Source: an uncultured delta proteobacterium
GTDB lineage: Bacteria; Myxococcota_A; Polyangia; Polyangiales; JAFGIB01
Direction: 5' to 3'
Assembly (NCBI GenBank): GCA_963778655.1
Contig: CAVZVA010000009.1
Coordinates: 1,120,001-1,184,000, forward strand
Length of the DNA stretch: 64,000 bases
This document shows positions 29,880-40,120 of the stretch, piece after piece. Made by a program: the position numbers and the translations under genes. Numbering within the stretch: the stretch's first letter is position 1; each line of letters starts with the position of its first letter. The notes beneath the pieces were generated by a model. That model had not been told where the DNA came from. It did not search any database and worked only from the letters and a program-made list of their open reading frames with translations.

Positions 29880-30660
29880 GGCCGCAGGCGGGCGCGGTCA
29901 TGCCGGCGGCGCGGCGGTGGCCCGACGGCGACAGCAGCCGCGCGACGTCGTCGGGCGTGAGCCGGCCGCGGCCGACGTCGATCAAGGTGCCGGCGATGAT
30001 GCGCACCATGTTCAACATGAAGGCGTTGCCCACCACCTGCAGCGCGAGCAAGTCCGTCCGTCCGCCATAGCCCTGCGTGAGCTCGACCCGCTCGAGCGTG
30101 CGCCGCGTATCGACGCGGCTGTCGGCGGCGGAGCGGAAGGCGCGAAAGTCGTGCGCGCCACAGAGCCGCTCGCAGGCTTCGCGCATCGCTTGGAGGTCCA
30201 GCACGGCGGGACCGAAGACCGCGCCGGCGTGCTCGGGCGCTGCATGACGTACGTGGCGGCCCAGGTGCCACACCCGATCGTGCAGCAGCGCATCGCGCGT
30301 GGCCCCCAGGTGAAACAAGTAGCGGTAGGTCTTGTCGCGCGCGTCGAAGCGCGGCTCGTAGTCCGGGTCGCAGGGCTCGGCGTTGCGTACCGAGACGTCG
30401 TCGGGCAGGTAGCGGTTGAGCGCCAGTACCCAGCGCCGCGGGCTCAGCTCGCGCTCGCCGGCGAAGACCGCCACCTGGCCTTCGGCGTGGACGCCGGAAT
30501 CGGTGCGCGAGGCGCCCCGCACCGCGACCTCGTGCTGGCAGATGCGCTGCGCGGCGGCCGCGAGCACGCCCTGGACCGTGCGTTGGCCCGGCTGCGCCTG
30601 GAAGCCGGCGAAGCCGCTGCCGTCGTACGCGAGCGTCAGCCGGATGCCGTGCAGAGCCAC
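29827..30660 (-). CDS. truA: tRNA pseudouridine(38-40) synthase
   Basis: AYDGSGFAGFQ, ASRTDSGVHA, HDFRAF, NMVRIIAGTL, TAPACGL. Confidence 0.95.
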   Translation of the reverse strand: MALHGIRLTLAYDGSGFAGFQAQPGQRTVQGVLAAAAQRICQHEVAVRGASRTDSGVHAEGQVAVFAGERELSPRRWVLALNRYLPDDVSVRNAEPCDPDYEPRFDARDKTYRYLFHLGATRDALLHDRVWHLGRHVRHAAPEHAGAVFGPAVLDLQAMREACERLCGAHDFRAFRSAADSRVDTRRTLERVELTQGYGGRTDLLALQVVGNAFMLNMVRIIAGTLIDVGRGRLTPDDVARLLSPSGHRRAAGMTAPACGLTLVAVTLGRLRAPASR

Positions 30661-30661
30661 G

Positions 30662-31429
30662 CTAAAATATGAAGCCGAGGCCCGCGGTCCAGGCGGTGGC
30701 CCCGATCGGCAGCGAGCGCGCGCTGGGCTTGAAGCCGAACAGCTCGAAGAACAGGAACGAGTGGTTGATGCCCCACTCCTCGTCCATGCCCCGGGCGGCC
30801 TTACGGTCGAAGGTGTCCAGGTCGAGCGCGACCTGGGCGGCCCAGCGCAGTCCCACGCTCCAGCCGGTGGTGGCCTTGGCGCTGCCGTCCTGCGCGCTCC
30901 AGTGCGCCCACTGGTAGCCGATCTTGCCCGTGAACACGAACGGCACCGACAGCTTGCGCGCGAGCGCGTCGACGCGCAGCACCGCCATTAGATCGAGCGG
31001 CATGAGCCCGAAGGTGGTCTTCTCGGCCGTGGCCACGCCGCTGGCGTCGATGGTGTGCCCCGAGTAGCTCGCGGTGCCGATGCCGGCGCCTCCGCTGAGG
31101 TAGAGCAGGTCCTTCAAACGGTAGCCGATCACGTCCAGCTCGACCGCGAGCAGCGGGCCGTCGTCGCTGCCGAAGAAGGTGTCGAAGGCGTTGTTGCCGC
31201 CGCCCATGTGCGGGTGGTAGGGGCCAATGCGCAGCTCCAGCGCGAAGCGCTCGGGCGAGCTGAAATCGGTCCGGGGCGGCTCGTCGTACATCTGCGCGGC
31301 CGCCCGGCGCGGCAGCAGCAGCGCGGTGAGCAGACAGCCGAGCGCGAGCGCGGCCCAGCCGAGCCGCAGCGGCTCGCGCAGCGCCGGCGCACGCAACGGC
31401 CCAATTCGGCTCGCCGAGATCGGTCTCAC
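30662..31429 (-). CDS. Outer-membrane beta-barrel protein, MXAN_2562-like
   Basis: Signal peptide, amphipathic strands, FALELRIGPY, D.EWGINHSFLFFE, terminal Phe; GTGA overlap with upstream gene. Confidence 0.72.
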   Translation of the reverse strand: MRPISASRIGPLRAPALREPLRLGWAALALGCLLTALLLPRRAAAQMYDEPPRTDFSSPERFALELRIGPYHPHMGGGNNAFDTFFGSDDGPLLAVELDVIGYRLKDLLYLSGGAGIGTASYSGHTIDASGVATAEKTTFGLMPLDLMAVLRVDALARKLSVPFVFTGKIGYQWAHWSAQDGSAKATTGWSVGLRWAAQVALDLDTFDRKAARGMDEEWGINHSFLFFELFGFKPSARSLPIGATAWTAGLGFIF

Positions 31430-32610
31430 GAGCGCCTCCGGCGTCGCCGCGAGAGGCCGAGCATCCACACCGCAAGCGCGACCGGCCACGCGCTCGTCAG
31501 GTCGGCCGGTCCCATCGCGCTGCACGGGCAGCCGGCCTTGGCCGTGCCGCCGTTGGCGCGGTACTGGTCCAGAAAGCCCGAGGTCTGCACGAACTGCACG
31601 CACGACAGGTTCGACAGCGCCCCTTGGTTGCCTGCGAGGTCCACCGCGGCCACGGCGATGGTGGCCTCCGTGGCGCCGCCCAGGTCCGAGGGCTTGAGGC
31701 TCGTGCCGGTCGCGGTCGGCTCGTCGATCATCTTGACGCGCACGCCGTTCGGCACGTTCTCCGCGGTCTCGCCGCCCATCAGCTGGGTAGGGCCGCACGC
31801 GCCGCTGCTGTCGCCCGCCGTGCCGCCGTCGCCCACCGACACGCGCGTGCCGGCGTCCGTGCCGGCATCAGTGCCGCCATCGCCCGCGCCGCCTGCGTCC
31901 CCGGCGTCCGCGTTACCGGCGTCCGCGCCACCCGAACCGCTGCCGGCGCCGCCCGTATCCAGTGGGGGCGCAGCCATGCCGCTGGTGTCGATGAACACCA
32001 CGAAGCCCTTGAGGTGGGTCTGGCCGCTCTTCCAGCTGATCGGCACCTCGCTCTCGCCCTTGCCGCTGGCCAGGGAGCTGGGCGCGCTCGGCGGCAGCGT
32101 GTCGACACCGAGTCGGTCGAACTCCGCGTAGTTGCTGCCGACGGCTTCGGTGCCGTTGGTCGTGTTGACCCATAGGAACCACAGCTTCGGCATCTCCTCG
32201 ACGGCCGCGTTGCAGTCTTTGATCAGGTCGGTCGCGTGCAGCGTGACCATCAAGCCCTGGGTGATGCCGCCCGAAGCCACGCTGGTGAGGTAGGTGCAGG
32301 CGTTGGAGGTCGAGCTCTTGCGATCGGTGCCGGAGCAGCTGTCGCCAACCAAGATGTCGATTGACGGCTTGTCGGACGGTGCACCATCGAACCTGAACAC
32401 CAGGGCCACATTGCCCTCGCAGTCGGGCTTGCTCAGATAGATCTGGCCGAGCGCGTTGACGGTCTCGCCGCCGATGCTGAGCAATTCGACGCGCACGCCG
32501 CCGGCCGAGGTGCTCCCGGTGCCCGCGGTGCCGCTTTGGGCGAGCGCGGCCGAGGGTAGCCAGCAGCCGAGCGCGATCAGCGCGGCCGTCCACAGACGTT
32601 GGGCGAACAT
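31426..32610 (-). CDS. Secreted MYXO-CTERM-anchored protein with FN3-like domain (MXAN_2561-like)
   Basis: Signal peptide; DTLPPSAP..., VAAVDLAGNQG.LSN; DAG-rich linker; tail GCPCSA-TM-RRRRRRS. Confidence 0.72.
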   Translation of the reverse strand: MFAQRLWTAALIALGCWLPSAALAQSGTAGTGSTSAGGVRVELLSIGGETVNALGQIYLSKPDCEGNVALVFRFDGAPSDKPSIDILVGDSCSGTDRKSSTSNACTYLTSVASGGITQGLMVTLHATDLIKDCNAAVEEMPKLWFLWVNTTNGTEAVGSNYAEFDRLGVDTLPPSAPSSLASGKGESEVPISWKSGQTHLKGFVVFIDTSGMAAPPLDTGGAGSGSGGADAGNADAGDAGGAGDGGTDAGTDAGTRVSVGDGGTAGDSSGACGPTQLMGGETAENVPNGVRVKMIDEPTATGTSLKPSDLGGATEATIAVAAVDLAGNQGALSNLSCVQFVQTSGFLDQYRANGGTAKAGCPCSAMGPADLTSAWPVALAVWMLGLSRRRRRRS

Positions 32611-32988
32611 GGGGCTCGGCATATGCAAGCTTCGTGCGCGCTCGGAAACCCGGAGATTCCCGCGGGATGTATCATCTTTTTGCTCGCGAGGGGACAAACT
32701 GACGCCGCCTCTCGAGGAGCGCGTGCCAAATTGGCAGGCGGGCGGCCCCGGGCCCGAGCCGCGCCCGGGGGCGGCGCGAGGGTTGCCGCAACCCCTTGCA
32801 GCCGCATCCCAGCGCTTGCAGGCTACCCGCCCACATGCCTCTGTGCTCGACGCGGAAGGCTGGCGCCCTTGCCGTGCGGCTGCTCAGGCCGCGCGGGCCA
32901 GCGCCCCCGGCGCGATCGTCTTGCTGCGTACGAGCGCTGCGCTTCGCCCGCTAGACCCATCCACGCAACGCTGCTTCGAGGAACCACC

Positions 32989-34689
32989 ATGCCTACGCTG
33001 ACGAATCGACCCTGGCCGGCGGCCCAGCGCCGTGACCACGCCCCGGCTCCGCCGTCCTGCGGCTTGAGCGGGGCGATCGGCTTGAGCTGCATCGTGCTGC
33101 TTTCGGCCGCGCCGGTGCTCGCGCAGGCGGCCGCGACCCCCGCCCCCGCGACGCCGGCTGCTCCTGCCGCAGCGCCCGCAGCGCCCGCCGCCCCGGTCGC
33201 GGCGCCTGCAAAGCCAGTCGCCCCTGCCGCGGCGCCTGCAAAGCCAGTCGCGACAGTGCCTGCGCCGGGCGCGGCTCCCGCCGCCCCCGCAGCAGCCGCT
33301 CCCACACCGGCGGCCGCCGCCCAGGCAGCCACGCCCGGCACCCAGATCGACAACGGCACCGACACCTTCGATCTCTCGCGCGCGCTGGCCGAGGGCGCCG
33401 AGTCCATGGACGCGGACCAGGCCGCCGCGCTCGCGGTCAAGACCGCGCCCAGCATCGCCAAGGCCGAAGCCGCGAGCGAGCAAGCGCGCAAGGCCGCGGC
33501 CCAGGCCGAGGTCGCGCTCTATCCGCGCCTCGACCTGATGGCGCAGTACACGCGCCTGAGCCCGCCGCCTCCCCTGAGCTTCCAGTTCACCGGTCCCAAT
33601 CCGATGACCGGCATGCTGAGCACCACGACGATCACCGTGACCCCCGGGCTGGTCGATCAGTTCCTGTTGCAGGCGCGCGTGAGCTATCCGCTCACGGACC
33701 TGTTTTTCAAGATATTGCCGAGCTACAAGGCGGCCAAGGAGCGAACCAAGGCTCAGGAGCTCAACGCCCGTGCGCAAGCGCAGACCGTGGCGCTGCACGC
33801 GCGCGAAGCGTTCTACAACTACGCGCGCGCCCGGGCCGCGCTGCTGGTGGCGCGCTCGGGGCTGGGCCAGGCCGAGGCCCAGCAGCACGACACCGAGTCG
33901 CTGGTGCGGGCCGGCACGCTGGCGCGCGTGGAGCAGATGCGGGCCGAGGCCCAGGTCGCCTCGGCGCGGGTGGCCGTGGCCCGCGCGCAGGGCGCGGTCG
34001 CGGTGGCGCGCACCGCGTTGCGTTCGTTGCTGCACCGCGAGGGCGAGCAGGACATCGCGGTCGCCGAGGATTTGTCCCAGCCCCTGCCCGCGCTGACGGA
34101 CACGAAGGACCAGTTGCTGCAGACCGCGTTCAAGAATCGCTCCGAGATTCGCGCGTTCGAGGCGATGACCGGTGCCTATGACAAGAGCCGCGACGCCGCC
34201 AACGCCGACAAGTTGCCCAAGCTCTCGGTGGCCTGGACAGGCGACTACGCGGATCCGAACCAGCGTGCCACCTCCTACGAAAAGAAGTTCACCCCCACGT
34301 GGATGGCCACCGCGATGCTCACGTGGTCGCCCAACGACTACTTCTCGTCCGACGCCAGTGCCAGTCAAGCCGAGGCCCAGCGCGCGCAGACGCAATCGGA
34401 CATGGATGCGCTTGAGGACGCGCTGCGCCAGGAGGTGTCGCAGGCCTACGAGGATTACCTGGCAGCGCGCGAGGCGATGGATGCGGCGCAGGTGGGCATC
34501 TCTGCGGCCGAGGAGAGCTACCGCGTGCGCCGCGAGCAGTTCCGCGCCGGCGCGGCGGTCTCGACCGACGTGGTGATGGCCGAGGCGGACCTCACCCGTG
34601 CTCGCCTCGACCTGGTCAACGCTGCGATCGATCTGCGCATCGCGCGCGCGCGGCTGGACCGCGCGGTGGAGCGTGACAGCGCAGGCTGA
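32989..34689 (+). CDS. TolC-family outer membrane channel with Pro/Ala-rich N-terminal linker
   Basis: LYPRLDL, AEESYRVRREQFRAG...TDVVMAE; SD GAGG upstream. Confidence 0.88.
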   Translation: MPTLTNRPWPAAQRRDHAPAPPSCGLSGAIGLSCIVLLSAAPVLAQAAATPAPATPAAPAAAPAAPAAPVAAPAKPVAPAAAPAKPVATVPAPGAAPAAPAAAAPTPAAAAQAATPGTQIDNGTDTFDLSRALAEGAESMDADQAAALAVKTAPSIAKAEAASEQARKAAAQAEVALYPRLDLMAQYTRLSPPPPLSFQFTGPNPMTGMLSTTTITVTPGLVDQFLLQARVSYPLTDLFFKILPSYKAAKERTKAQELNARAQAQTVALHAREAFYNYARARAALLVARSGLGQAEAQQHDTESLVRAGTLARVEQMRAEAQVASARVAVARAQGAVAVARTALRSLLHREGEQDIAVAEDLSQPLPALTDTKDQLLQTAFKNRSEIRAFEAMTGAYDKSRDAANADKLPKLSVAWTGDYADPNQRATSYEKKFTPTWMATAMLTWSPNDYFSSDASASQAEAQRAQTQSDMDALEDALRQEVSQAYEDYLAAREAMDAAQVGISAAEESYRVRREQFRAGAAVSTDVVMAEADLTRARLDLVNAAIDLRIARARLDRAVERDSAG

Positions 34690-34726
34690 GGCGGAAATCC
34701 GGGCGGCCAACGAGTCCCGCGCTGCC

Positions 34727-34755
34727 TTGACAGCGATTTCGGCCAAGCCTAATTA
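34727..34755 (+). promoter_or_regulatory. Sigma70-type promoter of tRNA pair
   Basis: TTGACA-N17-TAATTA just upstream of tRNA-Gln. Confidence 0.75.
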
Positions 34756-34766
34756 AGGCAGCCCTT

Positions 34767-34837
34767 TCGGGGATCGTCTAAAGGTAGGACGCCAGATTCT
34801 GGTTCTGGCTATCTAGGTTCGAATCCTAGTCCCCGAG
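34767..34837 (+). tRNA. tRNA-Gln (CTG), CCA not encoded
   Basis: Acceptor TCGGGGA/TCCCCGA; anticodon arm CCAGA-TTCTGGT-TCTGG; T-loop GTTCGAATC. Confidence 0.95.
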
Positions 34838-34854
34838 CAAAATCCCCGAGACAT

Positions 34855-34930
34855 GGCCCCATCGTCTAGTGGCCTAGGACATCGGCCTCTCACGCCGGTA
34901 ACACGAGTTCGAATCTCGTTGGGGTCGCCA
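34855..34930 (+). tRNA. tRNA-Glu (CTC)
   Basis: GGCCCCA/TGGGGTC acceptor, loop CTCTCAC, GTTCGAATC, 3' CCA. Confidence 0.95.
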
Positions 34931-34975
34931 GTGGTTTCAGATAGTTAGCTGTGGTCGTGGGCAATCGCTGGGCAA

Positions 34976-35190
34976 TCAGCCCGGGATTGCCCCGGCCAAC
35001 GGCGCAAGTGAGCCCGACCGCAACTGCGCGGACGTGCGTGCCGTGCGCTTGTAGCGAGCGCTCATCACGATCGAGCGATGCCCCGTGCGGTCGCAGATCC
35101 ACGCCCCGCTCTGGCCGTTCGCGAGCGACAGCGCGACCAAGGTTCTGCGAAGTTCGTGCATGCGAATGCGATAGCGTTCGACCGCTGTGG
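34976..35190 (-). pseudogene. Tyrosine recombinase/integrase C-terminal remnant
   Basis: RIRMHELRRT (HxxR)...RTGH...ARY (catalytic Tyr); no N-terminal part. Confidence 0.7.
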
Positions 35191-36250
35191 AGAACAGCGC
35201 GGGCTGCTCGTGTCAGGTGTGACGATGCACCCAAGTGCCGGCTCTCCTGACGCACGAGTGGGCGCGAGTTGCGTGACCGCCGAGCGGAAGGGCGGCTGAA
35301 AGGCGGGGGCTCCGAATCTTCGTCCGACCAATGGCTTTGGCGTTTCGGAGCTACATCGAGCTCAACGCCCGGCGGGCGAGCTCATGCGTGCTCGACGACT
35401 GCTGCGCGAAGCAGGTCGAGCAAGTCTCGATGAGCAGGTGGGAGCTCAGACGCACTGTCCCGAACGCGGATGAACCGCGTGCTACGTCGAGCTTGAAACC
35501 AAACGCCTTGCACGTCGTCGCTCAAGCGCGCGCCCGACTGAATTGGACCGAGGTGGCGCTCCAAGTGAGCGATCAGCGGAGGTGTGTTGGCTTTCATCTG
35601 GTCCGCCCAACCAGATCCTCACCTGCGTGACCGCAGTCTAAAGTTCTTCTGCGCGTGGCGGAAGCGCATCCACGCGGTGACGGCGACCACGAATGGGTGC
35701 ATCGGTCCATTGCCGAACACCGGTGGTCGCGCTGAGCTCACCGGCCTGCAAGACGAAGCTGCGCCGGGATACGCCGCAGACGGCCGCTTGCGGATGCTGC
35801 GGCGGGGAGCCCACAATGGCTGTGACGCACCAGCCGTTTGAGGGAGGGAGGTCGTGCAAAGGATGAACGCTCGTCTGCTCGCGGGCCTGTGGTCCCTTGC
35901 GTTTCTCTGGGCCTGCGGTGGGGGGCGCGCTCTCGACTATGGCGGCTTTGCTGTTTGCAGTCATGACACGGATTGCAAGACCGACTTGGTCGACGGCCTT
36001 CGACTGGCCGGCGCGGCTCCGGCCGCGCTGGCGTCGAGCCAGCGTGTGCAACATGTCATCAGTCCGCCCAGCACGGACCCTATCTGCTGCAGCACGACGA
36101 CGCACGAAGTTGGGGGACCGCTCTCCGCAGCGCTCGGTATGCAACCTCGGTCGGAGCCTCGGTCGGAGCCTCGGCAAGTTCGTCGGCCCTGGTAGAGGTC
36201 GGATACTTTGCCTTGGTCGTGGTGCGTGCGGGCGCAGGACCTGTTCTTCG

Positions 36251-38167
36251 CTATTCCGTCCCGCGCGCGCGCCGGGCAGCGGGCCGTTCCCGTGCTCGGT
36301 CACGGCGCCGGCGCGGAGAGCGCTCGCGTGAGCGCTGCCGGCGCAATGCCAGCAGGCCCAGCGCGAGCATCCAGAATCGCCCGCGTGCATGTGAACCGCG
36401 CGCGGCGCCCAACAGCGAGCAAGAGCAAGACGAAGGCTTGCTCGCGGTTGCGCCGGACGCGAGCGCACCGTTGTCGCCGCCGGACACGACGCCGACATCG
36501 CTGCCGCCCACGCCGTCCCTCAACCCAAGGCCCGTGACGCCGCCGGTCGCGCCCCGGCCGCCTCCCACGCCGGCGTCAGGCGTCTCACCGCTGCCCGTGC
36601 CGCCCGGGCCGCGCCCTCCACCCGCACCGGCGCTCGTCCCGCCGGGTGCGCCGCCGGTGCCCGCGAGGCTGACTGTACCGCCGCCATCGCCGCCCGTGCC
36701 GGGAGCGCCGCCGCTGCCTGCGCTGCTTCCCGAGCCGCCCGTGCCAGCCGTGCCGGGAGCGCCACCGAGCGGGGTCAGGCTCAGGCGGTAGCCGTCATTG
36801 CCGTTGGTGTTGCCGATCGAAATCGTGATCGCATCGTTGACGATCGCCACGTCCGCGCCCGAAAGCGTCTCGGTCGTGTTCACGACGGTGGAGCGATCGG
36901 CAAACGGCGTGCGCTCGACCACCGCGTGCACCCTCGAGCCGAAGAACGGAGCCGCGCTGAAGCCCTTCACCACGACCTCGACGCTCCCGTCGTTGACGCC
37001 GCCCAGGATTACGAAGGCGTCACCGGCGCTCGCGTCCAGGCTGGCGACGCCGTCCAGGTTCTTGCCGTTCACCGGCAGCGACGACGACGTCGCGACCATC
37101 TGGCCGGTCATCTCGCCGTACCACCGGTAGAAAAACCAGCCACCGTTACGCTCGGTATCGGTCGCGAGCAACGTGCCGAGCCGTCCGGGGTGCGGCACGT
37201 CCCAGTACGTGATGCAAGCGGTCTCCACGCCGGAGCGCTCGAGCTGAGCGATCAGCGGCGCGGACGCGCCGGGTCGGCCCTCGTCGTCGATGCGCCCCGA
37301 GCCGCTGTACTCGTTGATCGTGATCGGCAGCGGACCGATGCCGAGCTGCCGTTCGAGATCGCGATAGGACTTCACGTCGTTGCTGATGTATTCGCCCTCG
37401 TGCCAGCCCACGATGTCGGGCAGACACGCGTTGGTCTTGCAGAAGGAGAGGAAGTCCTTCATGAAGTTTCCGTCGTAACCGGCCAGCGACGGCCCGGTGA
37501 TCTTCGCCTGCGGATCGAGCTGCCGCAGCTTGGCGAAGGACTGCCGCCACAGCTCGTTGAACGATATCGGCTTGTCGCTCTTCCAGGTCCCGTTGGGCTC
37601 GTTCCAGATCTCGTAGGCGTAGACGTTCTGCAGGTTCGCCGCCTGCTTGCGCGAGACCGTCTGGCCGATCTTGCCGAGCCAATCGTCGATGTTCGTGAAC
37701 GAGTACCAACCCTTGAACCAGTCGGCCAAACGGATGGTCACCTTGGCTCCGGTCGGCGCCACGCGGCCGGCGACGACGATCGCGTCGCCCCACGGTTGTT
37801 GCTGGTCGGCCGCGGGACCGGTGAACATGTTCGGATGCAGCGGCGCGATCAGCGCGTCCACGTCCGCGGGCAGCGACTCGGTCACTCCGTACAACGAGCC
37901 GTTGCCCACGTGCGTCGCCGGTCTCACGGTCTGCGACAGGTCTACGGTCAGGGTCGTGAGCGCCGCCGCCGGCGCGGGCACGACGAGGCTACCGGCCGCG
38001 CCCAGCAACGCCGCGAGGGTCGCTGGCTGCTTGCGCCCGCGCGCAGCGACATGGCGACGCCTGCCGCGCACCGGCGCCTGCACGTTGCTTGGGAGCGCTT
38101 CGAGCACATTGCGCTCGAAGCGCAAACTCCGCAGGGCCTGGATCCGAGGACCGCGGGCGGGTGCCAT
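36251..38167 (-). CDS. Clan GH-A (GH39-like) glycoside hydrolase with Gly-rich linker and MYXO-CTERM-like tail; start uncertain
   Basis: YEIWNEP (acid/base), ITINEY (nucleophile), tail SSCSCS...FWMLALGLLALRRQR. Confidence 0.78.
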   Translation of the reverse strand: MAPARGPRIQALRSLRFERNVLEALPSNVQAPVRGRRRHVAARGRKQPATLAALLGAAGSLVVPAPAAALTTLTVDLSQTVRPATHVGNGSLYGVTESLPADVDALIAPLHPNMFTGPAADQQQPWGDAIVVAGRVAPTGAKVTIRLADWFKGWYSFTNIDDWLGKIGQTVSRKQAANLQNVYAYEIWNEPNGTWKSDKPISFNELWRQSFAKLRQLDPQAKITGPSLAGYDGNFMKDFLSFCKTNACLPDIVGWHEGEYISNDVKSYRDLERQLGIGPLPITINEYSGSGRIDDEGRPGASAPLIAQLERSGVETACITYWDVPHPGRLGTLLATDTERNGGWFFYRWYGEMTGQMVATSSSLPVNGKNLDGVASLDASAGDAFVILGGVNDGSVEVVVKGFSAAPFFGSRVHAVVERTPFADRSTVVNTTETLSGADVAIVNDAITISIGNTNGNDGYRLSLTPLGGAPGTAGTGGSGSSAGSGGAPGTGGDGGGTVSLAGTGGAPGGTSAGAGGGRGPGGTGSGETPDAGVGGGRGATGGVTGLGLRDGVGGSDVGVVSGGDNGALASGATASKPSSCSCSLLGAARGSHARGRFWMLALGLLALRRQRSRERSPRRRRDRARERPAARRARGTE

Positions 38168-38480
38168 ACACCGGGCAGTGGCCGCAAGAACGGGGATCCG
38201 TCACGCGATCGGCGAGATCGCGCGGGCCCATCGCCCTGGCGTGTCCGACTCGCCAGAGTTCAGATCCAGATACCTCGGGTACGCCCACGATCGGTCGCGC
38301 TTCTTGCCGGTGGTCTCGACGAAAGCCCCCGCCCTTTCCAGGCGTCGGCGACACATGGTGCGCAGCCGGAATAGGCGGGCGCTTCCGTCGAAGATCAGGC
38401 GCAACACCTGCGACGGATGGAGCGGCGCTGGCGCCGAGGCGTCGAGTTGCGGCATGCTCTGGGCCGGCCGGAGCCTACAC

Positions 38481-39485
38481 ATGCGCGTGCTGATGTACCA
38501 GCGTTCCCACGATCGCCTCGCCTCGCGGCTGCGCGAGCGCGCGCCGAGCCTGCAGCCGGTGCTGATGGCGCAAGACGGATCGCTGAGCATGCAGGGGAGG
38601 TCGGTGACACTCGAGGAGGCCGCGCCGGTCGCAGCCTGGGCCAGCAGCGAGCTGTACAGCGGCGGCCCGGTCCGGGAGTTCATGATCGCGTGCCTGAAGA
38701 GCGAATCTCTGCGTTTCGTGCAGTCAGGCGCGGCCGGCTGCGACCACCCGGTGTTCTCCCTGCTGGTCGATCGCGGCATCGCGCTGGCCAACAGTGATGC
38801 CTCCGCGATCGCGATCGCCGAGTTCGTGCTCTCCGCGGTGCTCGACGTCTATCACCCCAACGTGCTGCGCCGCGAGTTGCAGGCCTCGCGGCGCTGGGAA
38901 CGCACTCCGTTCCGCGAGGTGAACGGCAGCCGCTGGGTCGTCATCGGCATGGGCAGCATCGGCCGCGAGGTCGCCGTGCGCGCGCGTGCATTCGGTGCCG
39001 AGCTGATCGGCGTGCGCCGTACGCCACGCGGGGACGAGCCCGTCGATCGCATGATCAGGCCTGCGCAGCTGCCGTCGGTGTTGCCGACGGCGGACGTCGT
39101 CGTGCTGTGTGCGCCCGCCAATATCGACAGCCAGCACATGGTCGCCGCCGCGTTCCTGGGGGCGCTCGGCCCCGACGCGATTCTGGTCAACGTCAGCCGC
39201 GGCGCGCTCGTCGACGAGCGCGCATTGCTGGACAGCCTGCAGCGCGGACGCCCGGGCACCGCCATCCTCGACGTCTTCGAGGTCGAGCCGCTGCCGAAGG
39301 AGTCGCCGCTATGGTCGCATCCGCGCGTGCGCGTCAGCGGCCACAACGCGGCCGCCGGCTCAGGTTTTCTGGCGCGCAACGACGAGCTGTTCCTGCGTAA
39401 CATGGCTCGGCTGAGCGCGGGCGAGACGCCCGAGCGCGTGCTCGCACCCGAGGTCGTGAGGGCCTCGGTGCAAGGCAATCGCTGA
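38481..39485 (+). CDS. D-2-hydroxyacid dehydrogenase family protein
   Basis: IAIAEFVL, GMGSIG, LVNVSRG, LDVFEVEPLP, SGHNA. Confidence 0.9.
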   Translation: MRVLMYQRSHDRLASRLRERAPSLQPVLMAQDGSLSMQGRSVTLEEAAPVAAWASSELYSGGPVREFMIACLKSESLRFVQSGAAGCDHPVFSLLVDRGIALANSDASAIAIAEFVLSAVLDVYHPNVLRRELQASRRWERTPFREVNGSRWVVIGMGSIGREVAVRARAFGAELIGVRRTPRGDEPVDRMIRPAQLPSVLPTADVVVLCAPANIDSQHMVAAAFLGALGPDAILVNVSRGALVDERALLDSLQRGRPGTAILDVFEVEPLPKESPLWSHPRVRVSGHNAAAGSGFLARNDELFLRNMARLSAGETPERVLAPEVVRASVQGNR

Positions 39486-40120
39486 GGGCGGCCGACTCCC
39501 TGCTGCTGACCCAATCATGACCCTGGCTCCGCTCCGCCCGCTCCGGGATGCCGCGCCTGCGCACCGACCGCGCGGCGGGCAACGACTGCGGCCCTCCGGG
39601 GCGGATACGCAGCGAGCATTCCTCGGGCCAGTCCTCCGGGCGCGCTCGCGCCTACGGTGAAACACTCGAAACGCATACGGCTTCAACCTGTTCGGTGCTC
39701 TAGGAGATCGCGACGCCCACCGTCGAGAGTGATGGATGGGGCGTAAGCAATAGCAATCCGCGCTAGCCAGCGTCGCCATGGATTTGCGACGTTGCGGAGA
39801 GACGGCTGCGCCGAGGACCATCGGCGAGCCCATTGGTTCACGCGCAGATCCCCGCTGCGGGCGTTTGCTGGCGGATGTTTCGGCGCTGTCGCTTTCCGGG
39901 TCGCTACCAAGGGCTGCCGCCGGCCAGCCGCCACTACCGCGCCATCCGACAAGAACAAGGCCAATACCGCAAGCCAAAGCACGGCCCACACTATCGCACG
40001 AGCACACACGCCACGTGCCCGCGCCAGGACCGCAGGTATCGGCGCAGGTGGGTTCGGGTCGTTGGACGCCGCAGGCACGGTGGCTAGCAACGGACACGGG
40101 GGCACGGGCATAATTCCAGG

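Noticed and set aside
33130..33330. Duplicated GCGGCGCCTGCAAAGCCAGTCGC
   Set aside because: Coding Pro/Ala linker of TolC
34830..34850. TCCCCGAG repeated just after tRNA-Gln
   Set aside because: Only 8 bp with a 5-bp spacer; too short to call an att scar
39683..40111. Minus-strand ORF with one hydrophobic stretch
   Set aside because: Start only 9 bp from the divergent kinase ATG and weak codon bias; unsupported
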